Shown here: positions 26,275-34,496 of the stretch, in pieces
Layout: each line of letters opens with the position of its first letter
How positions within the stretch are numbered: the first letter of the stretch is position 1
IMG/VR virus record: IMGVR_UViG_3300024229_000001
Length of the DNA: 64,000 bases
Reading direction: 5' to 3' (one strand)
Source: an uncultured virus (IMG/VR IMGVR_UViG_3300024229_000001)
Lineage: Duplodnaviria > Heunggongvirae > Uroviricota > Caudoviricetes
Position numbers and translations under genes: made by a program
Notes under the pieces: model-generated
The model's input: the letters and a program-made list of their open reading frames with translations, nothing else
Database searches by the model: none
What the model was told of the DNA's origin: nothing

Positions 26275-27464
26275 AATATGCAAGTATAGTACCACTCATT
26301 GGTGGTGAAACAATTGCAATGGAAAATGCATTTGGTAAAAGGCCTGAATATATTGTAAGCTATGAACCATTTGCTAATAATGACCAGCATATTGTTGAAC
26401 ATTATAATCATGAAGTTCCATACAATGTAATTACTGAAAATAGTTCTACAAAGTTTGAACAGGTGGATGTTGTAAATACTGTTTGCCCGTGTGCGGGTTT
26501 AAGTAGTCTTTCACCTTCATCTGCTAGTGATAACGTTGCTAATGATTGGATGTTTATTACTTCTGAATATGTACTAGGTACTATGGCACCTAAAGTATTC
26601 TGGGGAGAGAATGCACCACGACTTGCATCTAAAATGGGTGAACCTGTAGTCAAACGCCTTCGTGAAATTGGTAAGAAACATGGTTATACATTCTCAATCT
26701 ATAAGACTAAATCTATTCTTCATGGGTTGAGCCAAGTTCGAGATCGTACGTTTTATTTCTTTTGGAAAGATGATCGTGTTCCTGTCTTTGATTACTTCCA
26801 CCGTCCTCATGAAAAAATTGAGGATATGATTCGATCAGTGCCAAATAATCCAGATGATCCTATGAGTCAAATGCTGACTAATACTAAAAAGCCTACTGAT
26901 AATCCGTTTTATAAGTATGTGCTTGAAGTTATTGAAGGTGGTATTACTCACCAAGAATTTGCTGCTAAGATCGAAAAGACTACTAATCCACTTGATTACA
27001 TTGAAGCCAATGGCATTAAATATAATGAAGTAGGAGAATGGATGGAAGCAAATGGTTTTGAGCGTGAAGCTGCAAAATGCAATCGTATGTATGAAAAGCT
27101 AAAAGCTGGTGGTAACATCATGCGAAAAAATACTGAAATTCCAAAAGATTACTTTGGAGCTTTTGTAGGTCATATGCCAACTTCAACTGCTCATCCAGAT
27201 GAAGATAGATATTTAACTGTCCGTGAAGCTATGGAAGTAATGAAGCTGCCTCGTGACTTTGTTCTACAAGGTGGGCTCAAAAATCTAAATCATATTTGTC
27301 AAAATGTTCCGGTGACAACAGCAACAGATATGGCTGAACAAATTAAAAAATACCTTAGTAACAAGTTAGATACTGTTGATGCTGATTTTATGATTCAATG
27401 TAATAAAACAAAATCACTTGATTACAAACAAATTGGTGTACAGCTAGACGAATTTATGGTATAA
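26271..27464 (+). CDS. C5-cytosine methyltransferase-fold protein with atypical motif I
   Basis: PC, ENA, QVRDR, RYLTVRE, NVP; motif I reads VPLIGG. Confidence 0.8.
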   Translation: MKYASIVPLIGGETIAMENAFGKRPEYIVSYEPFANNDQHIVEHYNHEVPYNVITENSSTKFEQVDVVNTVCPCAGLSSLSPSSASDNVANDWMFITSEYVLGTMAPKVFWGENAPRLASKMGEPVVKRLREIGKKHGYTFSIYKTKSILHGLSQVRDRTFYFFWKDDRVPVFDYFHRPHEKIEDMIRSVPNNPDDPMSQMLTNTKKPTDNPFYKYVLEVIEGGITHQEFAAKIEKTTNPLDYIEANGIKYNEVGEWMEANGFEREAAKCNRMYEKLKAGGNIMRKNTEIPKDYFGAFVGHMPTSTAHPDEDRYLTVREAMEVMKLPRDFVLQGGLKNLNHICQNVPVTTATDMAEQIKKYLSNKLDTVDADFMIQCNKTKSLDYKQIGVQLDEFMV

Positions 27465-27465
27465 T
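27437..27465 (+). promoter_or_regulatory. early promoter for uvsX
   Basis: TGTACA-N17-TATAAT. Confidence 0.7.
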
Positions 27466-27495
27466 ATACTTAATATAAATGAAAAGGTGACTTAT

Positions 27496-28566
27496 ATGTC
27501 TGTAATGGATAAACTCAAAAAGAATTCTAAGTTGAAAAATACTGAAGTTCTTTCAAAATCAAAGTTCTTTACCGAAAAAGATATGGTGCCAACTGAAGTA
27601 CCAATGGTAAACGTTGCTTTGTCTGGTTCTGTTGATGGCGGTCTTACTCCAGGTATGACTGTTCTTGCAGGTCCTTCAAAACACTTTAAAACTTCTTTTG
27701 CTCTTTTGATGGCAGCTGCTTATATGAATAAGTACGAAGATGCTGTTATGCTATTTTACGATTCTGAATTTGGTTCTCCTCAATCTTATTTTGAATCATT
27801 TGGTGTAGATCCATCTCGAGTACTTCATACTCCAATTACTAATGTTGAAGAACTTAAGTTTGATTTGATTGGCCAACTTGAAAATATTGAACGTGAAGAT
27901 AAAGTAATTGTTGTAATCGATTCAATTGGTAACCTTGCATCTAAGAAAGAACTTGAAGATGCTATTAATGAAAAGTCAGTTGCTGATATGTCCCGTGCAA
28001 AGGCCTTGAAAGGTCTTTTCCGTATGACAACTCCATATTTGACTATGCGAGATATTCCTCTTTTGGCTATTAACCATACATATCAAGAAATTGGTTTGTT
28101 TCCAAAAGCTGTTGTTTCTGGTGGTACAGGTATCTACTATTCAGCAGATAATATCTGGATTATTGGCCGTCGTCAAAACAAAAAGGGTACAGAAATTACT
28201 GGTTACGACTTTGTGATTAATGTTGATAAATCTCGTTATGTAAAAGAAAAATCGAAGATTCCAATCTCGGTATCTTGGGATGGTGGTGTAGAACAATGGT
28301 CAGGTCTTCTTGAAGTTGCAATGGTTGGTAACTTTGTACGTAAACCAAGTAATGGTTGGTATGAAGCAATGGATCCTGCGTCAGGTGAAGTTCTAAGCCC
28401 AAGTAAAGTTCGTGAAGCTGAAACTCTTACTGAAGAATTCTGGAAGCCAGTATTTGAAAAAACAAACTTCAAAGAGTTCTTAAAAGAACATTATACAATT
28501 GGTTATAAATCTACTATTGATGAAGCCGCATTAGAGGGTGTACTTGAGGGAGGAAATGATGTATAA
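27496..28566 (+). CDS. uvsX: UvsX RecA-like recombinase
   Basis: AGPSKHFKT, YDSEFG, DSIGNLAS. Confidence 0.95.
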   Translation: MSVMDKLKKNSKLKNTEVLSKSKFFTEKDMVPTEVPMVNVALSGSVDGGLTPGMTVLAGPSKHFKTSFALLMAAAYMNKYEDAVMLFYDSEFGSPQSYFESFGVDPSRVLHTPITNVEELKFDLIGQLENIEREDKVIVVIDSIGNLASKKELEDAINEKSVADMSRAKALKGLFRMTTPYLTMRDIPLLAINHTYQEIGLFPKAVVSGGTGIYYSADNIWIIGRRQNKKGTEITGYDFVINVDKSRYVKEKSKIPISVSWDGGVEQWSGLLEVAMVGNFVRKPSNGWYEAMDPASGEVLSPSKVREAETLTEEFWKPVFEKTNFKEFLKEHYTIGYKSTIDEAALEGVLEGGNDV

Positions 28567-28912
28567 TAATATCAGTCAATATGATTACGATCAGATTGAA
28601 TATCATAAAGGAACTAATCATGATTCTTTTAAAATCAAAACAGGACGATTTTCTGGTACAGTAATTACATTTGGCGAAATTGCTATCCAAGAACAAATGG
28701 ATGGTAGTAACCCAAAACTAAAATTTCAATATCAAATTGAAGAAGCCCCAACTAATCCAGACGAACTAAAAGATGACGCTGAATTCAATAATTATGTTGG
28801 TGATATGTTAACACATATTATTGAAGCAGCAATCGAAGATAACAATTTTGCAATTGGTGAGCAACCTGATGGAACCGAATCTACAAACAACAATTCTAAG
28901 GAATCTAATTAA
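28556..28912 (+). CDS. hypothetical protein in the gp40 position
   Basis: Lies between uvsX and gp41, as gp40 does in T4. Confidence 0.55.
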   Translation: MMYNNISQYDYDQIEYHKGTNHDSFKIKTGRFSGTVITFGEIAIQEQMDGSNPKLKFQYQIEEAPTNPDELKDDAEFNNYVGDMLTHIIEAAIEDNNFAIGEQPDGTESTNNNSKESN

Positions 28913-30245
28913 TAATGAAAGCTTTACACGCAAAGTTATCCCTTTTCTAAAGAAAGATTATTTCGAAGGCAGTCAACGTATTGTCTTCGATCAAATCATT
29001 TCTTTTGTTAGCAAATATAATAAGTTACCAACAGGTGAAGCTTTATCTATTGAGATGGAAGCTCAAGATATTAGTGATGGTCAATATTCTGAAGCAGTTT
29101 CTGTTATTAAAGAAGTTGCAATCCCTCAGGATATTAGTCTCGAATGGCTAGTTGAAAACACTGAAAAATGGTGTCAAGATCGAGCAATTCACCTTGCGAT
29201 TATGAAGTCTATAAATATTTTAGATGGAAAAGATCCGGAACATACAAAGAACGCATTACCGGAACTATTATCAGACGCACTTTCTGTTGGCTTTGACAAT
29301 AATGTTGGTCATGACTATATTGATGACTTTCAAAATCGCTATGAATTTTATCACCGCCAAGAAGAACGTATTCCGTTTGATCTAGATTATTTCAATTCAA
29401 TAACAAAGGGTGGTCTTCCCAATAAAACATTAAATATCGCTTTGGCTGGCACTGGTGTCGGTAAATCTTTGTTTATGTGTCATGTTGCTGGTTCTGTATT
29501 GAGCCAGGGCAAGAATGCTCTTTATATTACAATGGAAATGGCAGAAGAACGTATCGCAGAACGTGTCGATGCTAATCTAATGAATACGCCTATTGATCAG
29601 CTTCCTAATCTATCTAAAGACATGTTTGGCAATAAAGTTGCTCAAATTGCAAACAAGTCTCATGGCAAATTAGTCATTAAAGAATATCCTACAGGTGCTG
29701 CTCACGTTGGCCACTTTAGAGCTTTAATGAAAGAGTTGCAATTGAAGAAAAACTTCAAACCCGATATTGTTTTTATTGACTACCTTAATATTTGCGCTTC
29801 GTCGCGTATGAAAGGAATGGGTGGTGCAATCAACTCCTACTCATATATCAAAGCAATTGCAGAAGAAATCCGAGGACTTGCAGTCGAATTCGATGTCCCA
29901 ATTGTCTCAGCGACTCAAACAACTCGATCAGGATATTCAAACTCTGATGTTGGCCTTGAAGACACGTCGGAATCCTTTGGGCTTCCTGCAACTGCGGATC
30001 TTATGTTTGCCCTCATCAGTAACGAAGAGCTCGAAGGCCTTGGACAAATCCTCGTCAAGCAGCTTAAAAACCGATACAACGACCCAAGTGCCAATAAGCG
30101 ATTCGTTATTGGAGTGGACAGATCTAAAATGAAACTATACGACGTTGAGCAATCAGCTCAAAATATCATTGATGCAGGTCAATCAGCTCCAGTTGCTGAT
30201 TACTCACAAAATAATGTAAAGAAATTTGAAGGATTTAAAGTATAA
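28869..30245 (+). CDS. gp41: replicative helicase gp41
   Basis: AGTGVGKS, EMAEE, DYLNI, SESFG. Confidence 0.95.
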   Translation: MEPNLQTTILRNLINNESFTRKVIPFLKKDYFEGSQRIVFDQIISFVSKYNKLPTGEALSIEMEAQDISDGQYSEAVSVIKEVAIPQDISLEWLVENTEKWCQDRAIHLAIMKSINILDGKDPEHTKNALPELLSDALSVGFDNNVGHDYIDDFQNRYEFYHRQEERIPFDLDYFNSITKGGLPNKTLNIALAGTGVGKSLFMCHVAGSVLSQGKNALYITMEMAEERIAERVDANLMNTPIDQLPNLSKDMFGNKVAQIANKSHGKLVIKEYPTGAAHVGHFRALMKELQLKKNFKPDIVFIDYLNICASSRMKGMGGAINSYSYIKAIAEEIRGLAVEFDVPIVSATQTTRSGYSNSDVGLEDTSESFGLPATADLMFALISNEELEGLGQILVKQLKNRYNDPSANKRFVIGVDRSKMKLYDVEQSAQNIIDAGQSAPVADYSQNNVKKFEGFKV

Positions 30246-30811
30246 TGCAGTACGCTTATTGGACATGGAAAAATTGCTTTAGCAGAGAAGAATGCGATCA
30301 CATTTTAGATTTATGTAAGGGCGAAAAAAAAGAAAGAGGTACAGTAGCTAATAAAGCATATGATTCTTCTAATATTAGAAATAGTACTATTTCTTGGATA
30401 AGACATAATGAAATAGTAAAAAATTTATATCAAGTAGGAAGTGAAGTTAATGTTGAAGCTTTTGGTTTTGATTTATATTCAGATCCTTACATTAATGGTG
30501 TTCAATTTACTGAATATAGCGGTGAAGAAAAACAACATTATAGTTTTCATCTTGATACAATATTTAATGAAGAAAAATACAATTTTAAAGAAAGAAAATT
30601 ATCACTAATATTACAACTTTCTGACCCAAGTGAATATGAGGGAGGAGACTTGTTTTTAAAGATTGCTGAAAAAAATATTAATTTAAATAATTTAAAACAA
30701 AAAGGAACGCTAATTGCATTTCCTTCTTGGATTTTACATAAAATTACTCCAGTAACTAAAGGAACTAGACACTCTTTAGTTACGTGGCTTAATGGCCCAG
30801 CTTGGCGCTAA
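30245..30811 (+). CDS. 2OG-Fe(II) oxygenase (PKHD/prolyl hydroxylase-like)
   Basis: HLD, RKLS, YEGG, H.ITPVTKG.R.SLV.W. Confidence 0.85.
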   Translation: MQYAYWTWKNCFSREECDHILDLCKGEKKERGTVANKAYDSSNIRNSTISWIRHNEIVKNLYQVGSEVNVEAFGFDLYSDPYINGVQFTEYSGEEKQHYSFHLDTIFNEEKYNFKERKLSLILQLSDPSEYEGGDLFLKIAEKNINLNNLKQKGTLIAFPSWILHKITPVTKGTRHSLVTWLNGPAWR

Positions 30812-30833
30812 TTAATTTAATAAGGAAAATATA

Positions 30834-31520
30834 ATGCATGCACGTCTCATCTCCCATAGTCAACCCTCAGATCGAATCCACACTGGCGAACTTGCAACGC
30901 AGGGGCTTGACAATATCCAAGACCTCATCGCTTACGCAGCCCGTGTGTCCAATCCAGCAAACCAAGCTAACACCAAGACAACACCAAAGCTACTTGAGTA
31001 TCTCATCAAACATAAACACTGGTCACCATTCGAAATGGCATCAGCCTGTATCGAAGTTGACACAACCCGAGACATCGCAAGACAGCTCCTCCGACACCGA
31101 AGCTTTTCATTCCAAGAGTTTTCTCAAAGGTATGCTGACGTCCGCGATCTTAGTGATTCTGTTGTAATTAAAAAGGCACGTTTGCAAGATCCAAAGAATC
31201 GCCAAAATAGTATTGTGCATGATGACGTATCGCTTCATAATACTTGGGAAGTACAGCAAAAAGCAGTTTGGCAACGAGCGATGCAAGCTTACGAATGGGC
31301 AATTGAAAATGGTATTGCAAAAGAACAAGCCCGTGCTGTTCTTCCTGAAGGTAATACACCATCACGCTTATACGTAAATGGTACTATTCGCAGTTGGATT
31401 CATTATATTGAACTACGCTCATCTAATGGTACTCAACTAGAGCATATTGAACTTGCTCGAGCTGTAGCTGAAGCTATTAGTAAAATCTACCCTAAAGTGG
31501 CAGATTTTATTGAAGATTGA
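30834..31520 (+). CDS. thyX: flavin-dependent thymidylate synthase
   Basis: HWSPFE, RHRSFSFQEFSQRY. Confidence 0.95.
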   Translation: MHARLISHSQPSDRIHTGELATQGLDNIQDLIAYAARVSNPANQANTKTTPKLLEYLIKHKHWSPFEMASACIEVDTTRDIARQLLRHRSFSFQEFSQRYADVRDLSDSVVIKKARLQDPKNRQNSIVHDDVSLHNTWEVQQKAVWQRAMQAYEWAIENGIAKEQARAVLPEGNTPSRLYVNGTIRSWIHYIELRSSNGTQLEHIELARAVAEAISKIYPKVADFIED

Positions 31521-31552
31521 TACAAAATAATACAAAATATATTTTGTATATA

Positions 31553-31593
31553 AATCAATGGCTTAGGGTTTGAACAGCTCTAAGCCATTGATT
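31553..31593. repeat. 14-bp inverted repeat of a promoter stem-loop cassette
   Basis: AATCAATGGCTTAG...CTAAGCCATTGATT. Confidence 0.85.
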
Positions 31594-31643
31594 CTAAAGG
31601 AAAATAAAAATGCATTTTTTGTGAAAAAAAGTGCATTTAGGGG

Positions 31644-31672
31644 TTTACATCCTCATCTACTCATAGTATAAT
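31644..31672 (+). promoter_or_regulatory. early promoter
   Basis: TTTACA-N17-TATAAT. Confidence 0.75.
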
Positions 31673-31700
31673 AGACCTATAATAAATGAGGAGAATGAAA

Positions 31701-32057
31701 ATGCGTAGAGATTCTAGAACACAAACTTTCACTGGTTACGCAGCTGAGAAGATTGCTGAAAACTTTGCAGATGCTTACATCCAAGATGATGTAGTCTACT
31801 GGAAATCAAATGATCGCTCTCCGTTTGAAGATATGTTAACTGACTTCATGGAAGCAGGTTTTATCTCTCAAGAAAACGTTGACTTGACTGTTGAAGCTAA
31901 ATCAGCTCAAGATCGTGCAGCAATTACAGAGTATATCAAAGCTCAATCGAATCGCACTGAAGAGCAGCTTGCTGAAGAACGTTTTGAAGCTCGTGCAGCT
32001 TTTGGTCCTGGTGAAAAAATCACCAACATCTTTACTGGCGAAACTTTTTACTCTTAA
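31701..32057 (+). CDS. hypothetical early protein
   Basis: GAGGAG RBS; EARAAFGPG..ITNIFTG C-terminal motif. Confidence 0.7.
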   Translation: MRRDSRTQTFTGYAAEKIAENFADAYIQDDVVYWKSNDRSPFEDMLTDFMEAGFISQENVDLTVEAKSAQDRAAITEYIKAQSNRTEEQLAEERFEARAAFGPGEKITNIFTGETFYS

Positions 32058-32069
32058 GGAGAACTTGTT

Positions 32070-32273
32070 ATGAAAAAGATTATGATTAATTCACTTGGTG
32101 TCTTTGCTCTTGCTGGAACTGGAGCTCTGGCTCTTAATTCTGTCTTAAGTATTCCAGACGTTATGTTTTCGTATTCAACTGATAAGTGTGTCGAGGTAAT
32201 TAACTATGTTGAAAGCGATAAATATAGTTGTGAAAACCTTCCAACTAAATTTAATCACATTTGGGTAGAATAA
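32070..32273 (+). CDS. small membrane/exported protein
   Basis: N-terminal hydrophobic segment, two Cys. Confidence 0.6.
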   Translation: MKKIMINSLGVFALAGTGALALNSVLSIPDVMFSYSTDKCVEVINYVESDKYSCENLPTKFNHIWVE

Positions 32274-32461
32274 TGGATCTAACACAAGCGTCAATTCTTC
32301 TATGCTTTCTCATGGTTGCACTAGCGCATCATGGAAGAAAGTCTTATCGCCAAGGGCGAGAAGATGGAACTAATCAAGGGATTGAGATGGCTTTGACAGT
32401 TCTTCAAACAAAAGGAATCATAACTCTCAACGAAGCCGAAGAAATTCTAAGAGTAAAATAA
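32273..32461 (+). CDS. small membrane protein
   Basis: TAATG coupling; N-terminal TM segment. Confidence 0.55.
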   Translation: MDLTQASILLCFLMVALAHHGRKSYRQGREDGTNQGIEMALTVLQTKGIITLNEAEEILRVK

Positions 32462-32491
32462 AACTTTTTTGAAAAAAGTGCATTTTACATG

Positions 32492-32520
32492 TTTACATTA
32501 TGAAAGACATATGGTATAAT
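32492..32520 (+). promoter_or_regulatory. early promoter
   Basis: TTTACA-N17-TATAAT. Confidence 0.75.
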
Positions 32521-32547
32521 AATACTATATTCAATGAGGAGAAAACA

Positions 32548-32871
32548 ATGGGTATTCAACTAGACAAAAATCGCTCAGACGCTTATATCGGAACTTTTGA
32601 TTATGAGTGTGCTGATGATATGCTTCAACTTAATGAAGTACGTGGCATGGTTAAGAACATGAACCGTATGCTTCGTGAAGATGGTTATGACTATCAATAT
32701 TATGTAAAATGCCAGGGACGTGGTACAGATCGTACTGCTCGTATGAAAACATGGCTTAGTGACAAATATGATCGTCCAGTCTCTGATCATTGGGCTCGAG
32801 ATGCTGGCCAACGATCTCTTCCTCTTGAAATTGCTGACCGTGTGGATGCTTACATCTACCGTCGTCGATAA
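32548..32871 (+). CDS. hypothetical early protein
   Basis: GAGGAG RBS. Confidence 0.7.
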   Translation: MGIQLDKNRSDAYIGTFDYECADDMLQLNEVRGMVKNMNRMLREDGYDYQYYVKCQGRGTDRTARMKTWLSDKYDRPVSDHWARDAGQRSLPLEIADRVDAYIYRRR

Positions 32872-32882
32872 ATAAAGTTAAT

Positions 32883-32960
32883 GGCTCCTTAGCTCAGCTG
32901 GATTAGAGCAAGTGCCTTCTAAGCACTAGGTCGAGGGTTCGAGTCCTTCAGGGGTCGCCA
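32883..32960 (+). tRNA. tRNA-Arg(UCU)
   Basis: Cloverleaf; AGTGC-cTTCTaa-GCACT anticodon arm, GTTCGAG T-loop, encoded CCA. Confidence 0.95.
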
Positions 32961-32979
32961 TAATATATAAGGAAAGTAA

Positions 32980-33192
32980 ATGGAACTATTAATTACGATT
33001 ATCTTTTGGGCAGTATTTGTCTATGCAATTTATAAATGGGCAGAGTCAAAAGGACGAAATGCTACTCTTTGGGCTATCGCTGCAGCTTTAGTTTCACCTT
33101 TGCTCATCGCAATTGTTTTATTGTTTATACCTAAAACTCTTGAGAAACAAGCTGAAGAAGCTAAAAAGCTTAAGTCTTTGATGGAAGAATAA
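32980..33192 (+). CDS. small two-TM membrane protein
   Basis: AESKGRN..LW, two hydrophobic helices. Confidence 0.7.
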   Translation: MELLITIIFWAVFVYAIYKWAESKGRNATLWAIAAALVSPLLIAIVLLFIPKTLEKQAEEAKKLKSLMEE

Positions 33193-33198
33193 AATTAA

Positions 33199-33283
33199 GC
33201 CCGCGTGGTGGAATGGTAGACACAAGGGACTTAAAATCCCTCGCTCTTAGAGCATGCCGGTTCGAGTCCGGCCGCGGGTACCA
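33199..33283 (+). tRNA. tRNA-Leu(UAA)
   Basis: AGGGA-ctTAAaa-TCCCT, long variable arm, GTTCGAG, encoded CCA. Confidence 0.95.
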
Positions 33284-33302
33284 ATATTGGTATGAGGATA
33301 TT

Positions 33303-33851
33303 ATGAATAAACAAATTAAATTTATGACCTTTGACCTTCCTTACTTTAAATGTAAGATGGAAAGCCATAATTTGATGAAAGATAATATTCTTTCATTAAT
33401 TAATAATATGCCTGAAAAATATCTACAGATAAAAAATCACTCAAATATCAGTAAAGTCGATTGGGAGGTCCCACGCGGACATAGCAGAGAATATTTAAGT
33501 TTATTAGAACCTAATTTGTTTAATTATATGAATACTTTAGTAGAAAATACTGAATACGATTCATGGAAAATTCATAATATTTGGTTTCAGCAATATGAGC
33601 AAAACGGAGAACATGGATGGCACGTTCATAATGATTGCCAATTTACTAATGTTTATTACTTAGAACTTCCTAGTGATACTCCAAAAACACAAATTATAAA
33701 TCCATTTACCCAAAAAACAATAGATTTAGAAGTAGAGGAAGGCGATGTAATAACATTTCCCAGCTTTGTAATTCATAAAGCCCCTTTAGTAGAATCTAAG
33801 TCTAGAAAAACTATTATATCATTTAATAGTGATTTTACCTTAAGTGATTGA
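33303..33851 (+). CDS. putative 2OG-Fe(II) oxygenase
   Basis: W..QY...H.WH.H, VYY, EGD...FPS...H, KTIISFN. Confidence 0.75.
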   Translation: MNKQIKFMTFDLPYFKCKMESHNLMKDNILSLINNMPEKYLQIKNHSNISKVDWEVPRGHSREYLSLLEPNLFNYMNTLVENTEYDSWKIHNIWFQQYEQNGEHGWHVHNDCQFTNVYYLELPSDTPKTQIINPFTQKTIDLEVEEGDVITFPSFVIHKAPLVESKSRKTIISFNSDFTLSD

Positions 33852-33894
33852 TTTATATAACTATTTTTTGATACAATTTATTACAATTTAAATT

Positions 33895-33950
33895 CCCTTT
33901 AGAATCAATGGCTTAGAACTCTCCTCATCTAAGTTGTTGATTCTAAAGGG
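33895..33950. repeat. inverted repeat / stem-loop cassette related to 31553-31600
   Basis: CCCTTTAGAATCAATGGCTTAGA...TCTAAGTTGTTGATTCTAAAGGG. Confidence 0.85.
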
Positions 33951-33971
33951 TTTTTATTTTTGGCCAACCTG

Positions 33972-34000
33972 TTTACATACCTAATTAGCTATGGTATAAT
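33972..34000 (+). promoter_or_regulatory. early promoter
   Basis: TTTACA-N17-TATAAT. Confidence 0.75.
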
Positions 34001-34030
34001 ATACCTATATTTGATGATGGAGAAGGCAGT

Positions 34031-34453
34031 ATGAATGAAGTTAATGTGATTGGTGGTAAGATTGATCGTAAAGAGCTGGCTCATAAGGTTATAGCTTGGT
34101 ATCTCAAGAAAGAGATGCCAAGGTTTAGAACACTAGATATTATGGTAAGGCTTACTAATTGTTATGAAAAAGGTGCATATGGTTATTGTATGGAACTCGA
34201 TGATAACCGCACATTTGAGCTAGAGATTGATAAGAACTTACGCCTATTTGATTTTGTATCTACAATTTGTCATGAAATGACTCACCTTAAGCAGTACGCT
34301 CGTAGTGAAATGAAGCAGCTTGATGATGGTAGAATACGTTGGAAGAAAAAGGTATATCCTTCCGGTTATGATTATGATAAGTCTCCTTGGGAAAAAGAAG
34401 CATTTAGAGTTGAAACAGAACTTGCTCTTATATGCTTCCATCAAGTTTTATAA
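34031..34453 (+). CDS. zincin-like metallopeptidase
   Basis: HEMTH..Q, PWEKEA. Confidence 0.75.
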   Translation: MNEVNVIGGKIDRKELAHKVIAWYLKKEMPRFRTLDIMVRLTNCYEKGAYGYCMELDDNRTFELEIDKNLRLFDFVSTICHEMTHLKQYARSEMKQLDDGRIRWKKKVYPSGYDYDKSPWEKEAFRVETELALICFHQVL

Positions 34454-34456
34454 ACT

Positions 34457-34464
34457 TATAAATA
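34457..34464 (+). promoter_or_regulatory. late promoter at the start of the putative internal-protein cluster
   Basis: TATAAATA. Confidence 0.7.
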
Positions 34465-34496
34465 GTACTAATTAAACCTAAGAATGTGGATAAACA

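Noticed and set aside
33213..33302. N-terminal 30 aa of ORF 33213
   Set aside because: Overlaps tRNA-Leu; the real start is probably 33303 after GAGGA
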